A stretch of DNA of 64,000 bases from Chloroflexota bacterium (GTDB lineage Bacteria > Chloroflexota > Dehalococcoidia > UBA2979). Made by a program: the position numbers and the translations under genes. The notes below the pieces were generated by a model. It searched no databases. It saw only the letters and a list, made by a program, of their open reading frames with translations, and had not been told where the DNA came from. The first letter of the stretch is position 1. The number at the start of each line of letters is the position of its first letter. This document shows positions 9,527-18,190 of the stretch, piece by piece. The DNA lies in assembly GCA_027593235.1 (NCBI GenBank), contig JAQCIU010000005.1, forward strand, positions 1-64,000, given 5' to 3'.

Positions 9527-10783
9527 GTGCGCCGCTCGTTCGCCGCCCTGTCGATCCGCAGCTTCGCCATCCTCTGGGCCGGATCACTCGGCTCCATGAC
9601 CGGCTTCTTCATGTCCACGGTGGTGCAGGCGATCGTCGCCTTCGACCTCACCGGGCGCAATGGCGCCGTCGGGCTGGTCCTCGTGGGGCAAGGGGTATCG
9701 CAGGCGGTCCTCGGACCATTCGGCGGCACCCTTGCTGACCGCGCGTCCAAGAAGCTCGTCACCATCACCGGGCAACTCATCACGATGACCGTCTTCATCG
9801 TCACCGGCATGCTCTTGGCCGCCGACCGGATCGAGCTGTACCACCTCGCGATTGGTTCGCTGATCAACGGCGCCACCTTCGCGTTCATCGGGCCGTCACG
9901 GCAGGCCTGGGTCGTCGAAATCGTCGGCTCGGAACTACGCGGGAACGCTGTCGCGTTGAACCAGGTCGCCCTCAACGCGGCGCGGATCTGGGCGCCGGCG
10001 ATCGCCGGGCTCATGGTCGCCGCCGCCACCATCGGCGCGTCCGGCGCCTACTTCGCCATGGCCGCGCTCTACGTCGTCTCCACCGTGTCGCTGCTGTGGG
10101 TGCCCTCCGCCCGGAACAAGGGCGGCCCCGGACGTCCCTCGATGTGGGTCGACTTGATCGCGGGCCTTCGCTACGTCGGCGGCGAGCCGCGCCTGCGCTG
10201 GATGCTGACCCTCTTCTTCATGCTGATCCTGCTCGGCCTCTCCTCCACCACCGTGCTCCCCGGCTTCGTCTCCAACGAGCTGGGCCGCGACGCCGAGGAC
10301 TTCGGCATCCTCCAGACCGCGAACGCAATCGGCGGCCTCATCGCCAGCCTCGCCGTCGCCTCGATCGCCTCATCGCCGCGCGCGCTGACCATCTACAGCG
10401 CCGGCGGTGTCCTCGGTGGGATCGCGCTCATGCTGACCGGCTTGGCGCCCACCCTCGTCATCGTCCTGATCCCGATGTTCCTCTTCGGCGTTGGGCTCGG
10501 CGCGTTCCAGACGCTGAACAGCGCCTTGATCGTCACCGAGGCCGACCCGCGCTACTACGGCCGCGTCGCGTCGCTGACCTTCCTCGCCTTCGCCGGATTC
10601 CAGCTCGTCAGCCTCCCCGTCGGCCTCGCCGCCGACGCCTTCGGCGAACGCGCCACGCTGATCGCCCTCGGCGCCCTCAGCGTCACCTCCGTGCTGGTGA
10701 TCGCCCCGATCATCGCGCGTACCCCCAAAGTCCGCCGCTTCGACGAGCCAGCCGCCCCCGCAGCCGCCGCCGGCGGCAGCTAG
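9527..10783 (+). CDS. MFS transporter
   Basis: [24 protein letters not shown], about 12 hydrophobic segments. Confidence 0.85.
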   Translation: MRRSFAALSIRSFAILWAGSLGSMTGFFMSTVVQAIVAFDLTGRNGAVGLVLVGQGVSQAVLGPFGGTLADRASKKLVTITGQLITMTVFIVTGMLLAADRIELYHLAIGSLINGATFAFIGPSRQAWVVEIVGSELRGNAVALNQVALNAARIWAPAIAGLMVAAATIGASGAYFAMAALYVVSTVSLLWVPSARNKGGPGRPSMWVDLIAGLRYVGGEPRLRWMLTLFFMLILLGLSSTTVLPGFVSNELGRDAEDFGILQTANAIGGLIASLAVASIASSPRALTIYSAGGVLGGIALMLTGLAPTLVIVLIPMFLFGVGLGAFQTLNSALIVTEADPRYYGRVASLTFLAFAGFQLVSLPVGLAADAFGERATLIALGALSVTSVLVIAPIIARTPKVRRFDEPAAPAAAAGGS

Positions 10784-10838
10784 AGCGCCACTCCGACTGC
10801 GCTAGCCACCTCCGCGTCCCAGCGCGCACACTCCGCCG

Positions 10839-11153
10839 ATGGCCGAGCAACCACCACCAACGCCTGCCGCTCTGCTCCCCGCCTGCGACCGTTGCCAGCG
10901 CGCGGCCCGCTACCGCGGCGCTCGAGGTCAGGCCGTCGTCCCGCTCTGCGCGCGCCACTTCGTGCAGTCGCGGACCACCCTCCGTCGCGCCGCCGCGACC
11001 GCCCTCGTCGTCGGCACGATCCTCACGGCGTTGAACCAGGGCGACCTGCTCATGACCGGTAACGCCACCGGCGCCATGTGGTGGAAAATCCCGCTCACCT
11101 ACCTCGTCCCCTTCTGCGTCACCGTCTGGGGCGCCCTCACCCGCGCCGACTGA
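10839..11153 (+). CDS. NrtS-like small membrane protein with N-terminal CxxC-x17-CxxH motif
   Basis: ALVVGTILTALNQGD and KIPLTYLVPFCV resemble the NrtS family; CACACT-N6-ATG. Confidence 0.7.
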   Translation: MAEQPPPTPAALLPACDRCQRAARYRGARGQAVVPLCARHFVQSRTTLRRAAATALVVGTILTALNQGDLLMTGNATGAMWWKIPLTYLVPFCVTVWGALTRAD

Positions 11154-11333
11154 CACCCGCTCACGATTGACGACGTGAAACACCGTGACAGCTCGAAAGC
11201 GCACGGCGTCAGCTGATACACAGCGCTCTGAAAGCGCTATCGTGGTCAGTGTTCGGTGAGATACCGCGATGTCTGAGGGCGCTCGCCTGGCCAACACGTT
11301 TGGCTCGGGCACACGCCCCGACGAGGTGGATCG

Positions 11334-12783
11334 ATGCGCGCCGCGCTGCCGTCGCTGCTCCCCGTGCTCTTCGTCCTCGCCTGTAGCTCGGGCTCCGTCT
11401 CCGGAACCTTCGACGCAGGTCCGGCCGACAGCTTTCCGCCGGCATCGGTCACCACATTCGCGGACCGTACCGAGGTCCACAGAACCACGCTCGAGGGCTC
11501 AACCGGCGATCAACTCCCCGGCGGTGATCTGGTATTTTCACCTCGTCCGCCTCGAATCGGGCGACTTCCTCGCCCTGAACGCAGACGACACCCACTCCGG
11601 CTGTCGCACCATCTGGGATCCCGACGCCGACGCCTACGGGATCCAGGATTCCGGCACCCCTGCCGGCTGGTTCCGCGACCCCTGCCACGGCGCGATGTAC
11701 GACCAACGAGGAATGCGCGTCTTCGGCCCCGCCCCGCGTGACCTCGATCGCTACCCCGTCGAAGTCCGCGACGGCCACGTCTACGTCACCCTCTCCGCCG
11801 ACGCCCTCATCCCCGGCAAGCTCCGTGTCGAATTCGTCGATCCGAACGCCACCCCGACCCCCGGCCGCTCACCTCAACCAACCGCCACCCGTTCCAGCTT
11901 CCTCGAGACCAGCACACCGACGGCGACCCCGACGCCCACGAGTCCTTCCGTGGGCACCCCAACGCCCGCCATGCCCGGTGCCGACCCTGACACCGGCGCC
12001 CCCTGGAGCGCCGCCGACCTCCTCCGCTCCATCGACGCGAACGACATCCACGTCCAGCCCACCGGACGCACCTTCGCCTGCGCCCAGGTCAACGGACTCC
12101 CCGGCGCCGAGTACGGCGGCGACGCCCCGTTCATCCTCTGGGTCTACCCGTCCGAGCAAGCTGCCGCCGAGGAGTGGATCGTCTATTCGTACGAAGCCCT
12201 GCACCCCGTGCTTGAGTGCGACCGTGCTCCGGCACGGATCTATCGGCAGGGCAACATGGTGCTCTGGACGCCCGCCGGTGAGGCCTTCTCGACGCAGTCG
12301 CTGCGGTCTGCCGAGATCTTCCTCGGCCTCCCTGGGGGACCGCTGCCGTCGGAAATCCACCAGTTCGCGCTCGTCCCGCCTGCGACCGGTGCGCCACTCG
12401 GCGCTGGCAACCTGCTCGATCAGCTTGAGTCAGCGGGCCTGATCTACGTTCCCTATGAGCAGCCCGGCTGTCCGTCCGGCGCTTCAACCGTCTCGCTCCA
12501 GTGGATGGCGGGCCCGCTCACCCTTGAAAGCCGCGACGATGTCAGCTTCCAACTCTGGGTCTTCCCCTCGATCGCCGATCTCGAGGCCGAGTGGCAACTC
12601 GGGGTGAATGGCCGCATGGGCGCTGCAGGCGTCCACAGTTCGCGCTACGCCGACTGCGACTACCAGGGCGCCAGCATCTATCGCAACGCCAACATGCTCC
12701 TGATGGTCAGCGACTCCGTCGTTAGCCAGCATCCGCAGGTGACCATGCAGATCGTCGATGCCTTCTTGGCGCTCCGCCCGTAG
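11334..12783 (+). CDS. Secreted Rieske-like lipoprotein with P/T linker and two repeated domains; +1 frameshift at 11535-11538
   Basis: GAGGTG RBS, ATG and lipobox (LFVLAC) lie in one frame; DTHSGC...DPCHG...GPAPRDL and the rest lie in the +1 frame; the frames join at GTA TTT T CAC. Confidence 0.7.
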
Positions 12784-12795
12784 CGCCGCGGCACC

Positions 12796-13188
12796 TCACT
12801 CCGTCAGCCGTTCGAACGCGATGCTCGCAGCCAGCCCCCACCCCGCCAGCAGCGCTCCCATCAACACCACCTGCCCCGAACGAACCAGCGCGTTCGTCAC
12901 CTCGAACCGCCAGTCCTCCGCGATGTGCATCAGGTAGAACACCGCCAGCACCACCGCAGGCGCCACCGCCGCGATCTCGCCCCACGGCTGCGGAATCGTC
13001 ACCGCGTCACCCAGCTCCGAAACGATTAGATACGCCGCGAACCCCGCCAGGACCCACGCTCCCAGCCGCGCCGAATCCGGTGACAGCCGCACCTCCGCGA
13101 CCCGATCGCCCGCCCGCACCCCCGCGAACAACAGCGCCGCCGCCACCACCGCCAGCCCCCACGGCCACACCGACTCCAGGTTGTCCAT
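12796..13188 (-). CDS. Hypothetical 4-TM membrane protein
   Basis: GGAGGGG RBS, ATG 13188, four hydrophobic segments. Confidence 0.65.
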   Translation of the reverse strand: MDNLESVWPWGLAVVAAALLFAGVRAGDRVAEVRLSPDSARLGAWVLAGFAAYLIVSELGDAVTIPQPWGEIAAVAPAVVLAVFYLMHIAEDWRFEVTNALVRSGQVVLMGALLAGWGLAASIAFERLTE

Positions 13189-13217
13189 CACCCCTCCGGC
13201 AGGAACTTCGCCTCGCG

Positions 13218-13322
13218 CGCTGCCCGATCCCGATTGCTCACTGCACCGCACCCGCGGCCCGCTCCCGGTCGCCCAATCCACCGTTCTCGCGGCCTGCTAC
13301 CCGTCGCCCACTCCACAGCGCT
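13218..13322. repeat. Three degenerate 35-bp tandem repeats
   Basis: Units 13218-13252, 13253-13287, 13288-13322; units 2/3 are 28/35 and units 1/2 are 25/35 identical by hand. Confidence 0.75.
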
Positions 13323-13435
13323 CGCCGCCCGCGAGCGTCCCGGTCGCCCGCGGCGACCGACCGCCCGACCGCTCGCGACCTCACGCCATCTCCACACTGC
13401 GCGGCCCGTGCGGCAAGATCACGTGACATCCCCTC

Positions 13436-13462
13436 ACCCCCCGGAGGGGGGTCTGCTATGAT
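13436..13462 (+). promoter_or_regulatory. Probable CsoR operator plus extended -10 promoter
   Basis: Perfect palindrome ACCCCCC-GGA-GGGGGGT (13436-13452) of the C-tract/G-tract CsoR type, followed by TG-C-TATGAT (13454-13462), upstream of an operon encoding CsoR. Confidence 0.8.
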
Positions 13463-13499
13463 CATCTTCTAGCTCATCCCTATCCAGGAGGATCCGAAA

Positions 13500-14027
13500 A
13501 TGCAACTCACCCTCTACGCCCCCGACGTCACCTGCGAGCACTGCATCGCCACCATCCAGAAAGCCGTCGGCACCGTCGACGGCGCGACCTTCGTTTCCGG
13601 CGATCCGGATGGCAAGTCCTTCGTCATCGAGGTCGCGAGCGGAGCGGTGATCGACCGCGTCGCCGCCGCAACCGAGGCCGAGGGCTACCCGCTCGGCGAC
13701 GCAGCCCCGGCCGCGGAACACGGCGGCACCGCCGCCGACCCGAACTGGGTACCGACCTACACCGTGACCGGCACCGACAAGGGCGCCGACATCAACTACG
13801 CCTGCCCGTGTAGTTGCACCGCCGGCTTCGGGCTCGACCGCGCCGTCGCCGATCAGCACGCCGAGGGCTGCTGCTGCGGCCGCCAGATGCTCGTCGCCCC
13901 GACCGACGCCGAGGCGCGACTGAAGGCCGACCTCAGCAGCGGCGAGTACCGCTTCAACCTCCAGACGATCGAGATGCCGTGGGGCCAGCCAATGCAGGCC
14001 GCCATCGCCATCCCGGTCGAGGCCTAA
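13500..14027 (+). CDS. CopZ-like HMA domain fused to an unrecognised Cys-rich domain
   Basis: DVTCEHC HMA motif; C-terminal CPCSC and CCC motifs; AGGAGG RBS. Confidence 0.85.
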   Translation: MQLTLYAPDVTCEHCIATIQKAVGTVDGATFVSGDPDGKSFVIEVASGAVIDRVAAATEAEGYPLGDAAPAAEHGGTAADPNWVPTYTVTGTDKGADINYACPCSCTAGFGLDRAVADQHAEGCCCGRQMLVAPTDAEARLKADLSSGEYRFNLQTIEMPWGQPMQAAIAIPVEA

Positions 14028-14032
14028 GCCAC

Positions 14033-14296
14033 ATGGATGGCGGCACACACGACGATGTCCTGAAGCGCCTCGCCTACATCGAGGGGCACTTGCGCGGTGT
14101 CCGCAAGATGGTCGAAGAGGATCAGTACTGCGTGGATGTCCTGAAGCAGACCTACGCGATTCGCCGCGCCATCGAAAAGATGGAGGCGAAGATGCTGAAC
14201 GGGCATCTCCACCACTGTGTCGTCGAGGGCATCTCACGCGGCGACACGGGCGTCCTCGACGAACTGTCCGAGCTGTACGAACTGGCGAACAAGTAG
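14033..14296 (+). CDS. csoR: Copper-sensing transcriptional repressor
   Basis: [28 protein letters not shown]...HLHHC gives the C-H-C ligand set. Confidence 0.92.
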   Translation: MDGGTHDDVLKRLAYIEGHLRGVRKMVEEDQYCVDVLKQTYAIRRAIEKMEAKMLNGHLHHCVVEGISRGDTGVLDELSELYELANK

Positions 14297-14312
14297 CCCG
14301 AACGGGATACCG

Positions 14313-16673
14313 ATGACCACCGACACCGAGTCTGTAACTCCGGAGGCCCCCAGCGGGGTGGCCTCCGGATCGCTGCGTTTCGACGTCCGCGGAATGACCT
14401 GCGCGTCCTGCGTCCGCCGCGTCGAAAAGGCGCTGTCCTCGGTGGATGGAGTGACCGCGGCGCGCGTGAACCTGGCGACCGAGGAAGCAAGCATCGAAGC
14501 CGCGGGCGTGCCGCTCGACGCGTTGCGCGCCGCCGTCGATCGCGCGGGCTACGACCTGCTGGTCTCCGACCGCGAGGACGAGGGCGCGCGCGACCGCCTC
14601 GAGGCAGAGCGCCGCGCGGAGTACGAGCTGCTCCGCCGCAAGACGATCGTCGCCGGTGTCATCGCCGGGTTCCTCGTCGGGTTTATGGCCCTCAATCACT
14701 TCATAGGCGCCTTCCACGACATACCGCGCTGGTTCCTGCACCCGCTCTTCTTCGCACTGGCGGTGCCGGTGCAGTTCTGGGCGGGCTGGCAGTTCTACGC
14801 CGGCACATGGCGGGTCGGGCGCCACGGCGCGACGGATATGAACACACTGATCGCCGTCGGTACCTCGGCGGCGTTCGGCTACTCGATCGTCGCGACGTTC
14901 CTGCCCCAGGTGTTCGAGTCGGTCGAAGGCCTCGAGGGTGCGGTCTTCTTCGATACCTCCAGCGCGATCATCTTCTTCGTGCTGCTGGGCCGGCTGCTGG
15001 AGGCGCGCGCCAAGGGCCGCACCTCGGACGCCGTGCGCGCGCTGATCGCGCTCCGTCCGCAGACCGCGCGGGTAATCGAGGACGGCGAGGAGTACGAGAT
15101 TCCGGTCCGCGCGGTCCAGGCCGGCGACATCGTCCTGATCCGCCCCGGCGAGCAGATCCCGGTCGATGGCGAGGTGACCGAAGGCACCTCCGCGGTCGAC
15201 GAATCGATGCTCACCGGTGAGTCCGTGCCGGTCGCCAAGCACGCGGGTGAAGACGTGTTCGGCGCGACGCTGAACACCTCCGGGATGCTGAAGGTCCGCG
15301 CGACGGCCGTGGGCGCCGACTCCGCGCTGGCGCGCATCATCAAGCTCGTCGAGGACGCGCAGGGTTCGAAGGCACCGATCCAGGGCCTCGCTGATCGCAT
15401 CGCATCGATCTTCGTACCGGTGGTCTTTGGCATCGCCGCGCTGACGCTGGTCGCGTGGCTGGTCTTCGGTCCCGATCCGGCGCTCACCTTCGGCATCCTC
15501 AACGCCGTCGCGGTCTTGATCGTCGCCTGCCCATGCGCCCTCGGTCTCGCAACGCCGACAGCAATCATGGTGGGAACGGGACGCGCCGCTCAGCACGGCA
15601 TCCTGATCCGAGACGCCGAGGCGCTCCAGCACGCGCGGTCGATCGACACGGTGCTCCTGGACAAGACCGGCACGATCACCGAAGGCCGTCCCGAGGTGGT
15701 CAGCGTCTGGCTCCTGGACGGCGCCCCGGTGAATGCCGACGAACTAATCCGACTTGTCGCCTCCGCGGAGCGCGGCTCGGAGCACCCGTACGCGGCAGCG
15801 ATCGTCCGCGAGGCGGAGCTGCGCGCGGTGAACCTCGACTGGCCGCTCACCTTCGAGGCGGTCGCCGGCGAAGGCGTGATCGCGCGCCTCAGCGCCCACG
15901 AACTGCTGGTAGGCAACGACGAACTGCTCGGAAGCCGCGGCGTGCCGGCGCCCGGACGCGCGACCCTCGATGGCCTCGCCAACGCCGCCGGGCTGCGGGG
16001 CGAAACACCGATCCGCGTGGCGATCGACGGCGAAGCGGCAGCGCTGATCGCCGTCGCCGATCAGGTGCGCGAGGGTGCGGCCGCCGGTATCGAGCGGCTG
16101 CGCAAGCTCGGCGTGCGGGTCGTGATGCTCACCGGCGATCAGCAGCAGACGGCTGATGCCGTCGCACGCAGCGTCGGCATCACCGAGGTGGTCGCGCAGG
16201 TGCGGCCGGAGGACAAGGCGGAGCTGGTGCGCCGCTACCAGTCCGAGGGCAGCACAGTGGCAATGGTCGGCGACGGCATCAACGACGCGCCCGCGCTGGC
16301 CGCCGCAGACGTCGGGATCGCGGTCGGGACGGGCACGGACGTCGCACTCGAGGCGGCCCCGGTCACCCTCGTGCGCCCCGACATCGCCCGGATCGCGACG
16401 ACGATCGCGATCAGCCGCGCGACGATGCGCACGATGTGGCAGAACCTCGGCTGGGCCTTCGCATATAACGTGGCGCTGATCCCGATCGCGGCGGGTCTCG
16501 GCTACGTCTTATTCAGCCCGGTGCTCGATGGGGCGGCGGTGCCGGCGGTCCTCCAACCGATCTTCGGCGAGCGCGGGTTCCTCAACCCGATCGTCGCCGC
16601 GGCGGCGATGGCCTTCTCTTCGGTGTCGGTGATGACCAACTCGCTCCGCCTGCGAGGAGCATCGATCGAATAG
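14313..16673 (+). CDS. copA: Cu(I)-translocating P1B-1 ATPase
   Basis: [42 protein letters not shown] and MAFSS motifs. Confidence 0.96.
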   Translation: MTTDTESVTPEAPSGVASGSLRFDVRGMTCASCVRRVEKALSSVDGVTAARVNLATEEASIEAAGVPLDALRAAVDRAGYDLLVSDREDEGARDRLEAERRAEYELLRRKTIVAGVIAGFLVGFMALNHFIGAFHDIPRWFLHPLFFALAVPVQFWAGWQFYAGTWRVGRHGATDMNTLIAVGTSAAFGYSIVATFLPQVFESVEGLEGAVFFDTSSAIIFFVLLGRLLEARAKGRTSDAVRALIALRPQTARVIEDGEEYEIPVRAVQAGDIVLIRPGEQIPVDGEVTEGTSAVDESMLTGESVPVAKHAGEDVFGATLNTSGMLKVRATAVGADSALARIIKLVEDAQGSKAPIQGLADRIASIFVPVVFGIAALTLVAWLVFGPDPALTFGILNAVAVLIVACPCALGLATPTAIMVGTGRAAQHGILIRDAEALQHARSIDTVLLDKTGTITEGRPEVVSVWLLDGAPVNADELIRLVASAERGSEHPYAAAIVREAELRAVNLDWPLTFEAVAGEGVIARLSAHELLVGNDELLGSRGVPAPGRATLDGLANAAGLRGETPIRVAIDGEAAALIAVADQVREGAAAGIERLRKLGVRVVMLTGDQQQTADAVARSVGITEVVAQVRPEDKAELVRRYQSEGSTVAMVGDGINDAPALAAADVGIAVGTGTDVALEAAPVTLVRPDIARIATTIAISRATMRTMWQNLGWAFAYNVALIPIAAGLGYVLFSPVLDGAAVPAVLQPIFGERGFLNPIVAAAAMAFSSVSVMTNSLRLRGASIE

Positions 16674-16677
16674 CCCG

Positions 16678-17109
16678 CTAGCGAAGCAGCTTGCTCATCA
16701 CGACTCGCGTGTGCCCGGGCGGCGCACACTCCACACGGCCGACCTCCGTATACCCGAGGCGGGCGTAGAACTCCGGAGCCTGAAAGACGATCGTGTAGAG
16801 GAGGGCGGTGGAGCAGCCCCGACGTATCGCCTCCTCTTCCGCCAGTTGCATCACCCGCGTGCCGAAGCCGCTTCCCCGCATGCCCGCCGGCACGTAGACG
16901 AGGTCGGCGAAGAACAGCCCGAGCGACGTGCGGCCGATCAGCCCGCCGATGGTCTCGTCCGTCTCAGGATCACGAATCAGCACGGCGAGGTCTCGCGCGT
17001 CGACTCGGCCCGCCTGCTGCTCGTTGAACGCAGCCAGGCCGTCCTCGACCGCGGCGACCGCAACCCGAGTCGGTTGATCGGTAAGTTCGAGACGTGGTTC
17101 GCCATTCAT
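16678..17109 (-). CDS. GNAT N-acetyltransferase
   Basis: RGSGFG acetyl-CoA motif, FQAPEFYARLGY. Confidence 0.85.
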   Translation of the reverse strand: MNGEPRLELTDQPTRVAVAAVEDGLAAFNEQQAGRVDARDLAVLIRDPETDETIGGLIGRTSLGLFFADLVYVPAGMRGSGFGTRVMQLAEEEAIRRGCSTALLYTIVFQAPEFYARLGYTEVGRVECAPPGHTRVVMSKLLR

Positions 17110-17271
17110 CTGTGGCACGTCGGGCGCCCGTCAGCGTGTCGTCGGACAGGCGCGATCACGCCGACCGCTTCCGAGAGGATACGCCGCGGCACGAGGCCGG
17201 ATCGCAGAGCCGGCGAGGAGCATCGGTGGAGTGAGAAGCGACTGCGAGCGGTGGCCGTCGCCGAGGCGTAG

Positions 17272-18132
17272 CTAGCCGACGGGCGCTCGTTGCCGCGAGA
17301 GCTTCAGGGCGTGTGTGACCTGCTCCTGCAGACCGCACGGCGAGTTGGTGGTGATCCGGTCAACACCGGCCTGCACCGCGAGCAGCAGACCGGCGAGCCA
17401 GCCTGGCGCACCTACATCGATGGTCCCGGTGTCGACGCGAACACCACGCTGGTGCGTGAACCCCACGAGATCGAAGCCCGTGCGGTAGGCCGCCTGCAAC
17501 ACCCGGTGGTTCACCCAGATCATCGAGGCGCTATCGAGCCGCGCGAGCGCGGCGGCAACACGACCTTCGAACTGGTGTTGGTCCCGCGCCCCTCCGAGTT
17601 GTCGCGAACACGAGAGGGTGACCGGAATTCCGGGCACCGCGGACCGCAATCGGGCGAGGGCCTCCGGGTCCGTTCCGGACAGCGAGAAGGAAGCGCGCAG
17701 CGGTCCGACCTCGCGCGCGAACCGATCGAGGACGGCGTCGCTCAGCTCCTCGGCCGTCACTTTCATGTCGAGCTGCAGTTCGGCGCGCGAGAGCGACCAG
17801 CGGTGCGCGGCCTCGACCAGCTCTTCGAGGAATACCAGCGGCTCGCCGGTATCGCGCCCGGACGGTGTGCGCATCCGCAGCGACTGGAGGTCGCTGCGAT
17901 CCTGCTGGGCGACGCCGCCGGTCCCGCTGGTTTCCTCGTCGAGCGTGTCATTGTGGAGAGCCACCCAGTGACCATCACGGGTGAGACGGAGGTCGACCTC
18001 CATCACGGCGTCTCCCTCGAACCCTGCTTCCAGGTTCGCCCGCGCGATCGGCGCATCTCCGGTATAGCGGCGGAGGCTGTGCCACTTGAGCTGAATCGGC
18101 CGACCGTCACGCCCGAGGATCGAGGTACACAT
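17272..18132 (-). CDS. Glycerophosphodiester phosphodiesterase family
   Basis: LKWH, MEVDLRLTRDG..VALHNDTLD, LQLDMK, ITTNSP. Confidence 0.85.
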   Translation of the reverse strand: MCTSILGRDGRPIQLKWHSLRRYTGDAPIARANLEAGFEGDAVMEVDLRLTRDGHWVALHNDTLDEETSGTGGVAQQDRSDLQSLRMRTPSGRDTGEPLVFLEELVEAAHRWSLSRAELQLDMKVTAEELSDAVLDRFAREVGPLRASFSLSGTDPEALARLRSAVPGIPVTLSCSRQLGGARDQHQFEGRVAAALARLDSASMIWVNHRVLQAAYRTGFDLVGFTHQRGVRVDTGTIDVGAPGWLAGLLLAVQAGVDRITTNSPCGLQEQVTHALKLSRQRAPVG

Positions 18133-18190
18133 CGTTGTGCTTCCTTCACGCCATCTGGGGGCCCGAGCTGTTAACGCTGCACGTCCTCCG

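Noticed and set aside
11269-11333. ORF-track start at 11269 for the Rieske-like protein
   Set aside because: The N-terminus in that frame is non-protein-like, while 11334 has an RBS and lipobox
13218-13322. 35-bp repeats as a CRISPR array
   Set aside because: Directly adjacent units without spacers, and too degenerate
13434-15632. 732-aa minus-strand ORF
   Set aside because: Antisense to the copper operon, whose plus-strand genes have clear motifs
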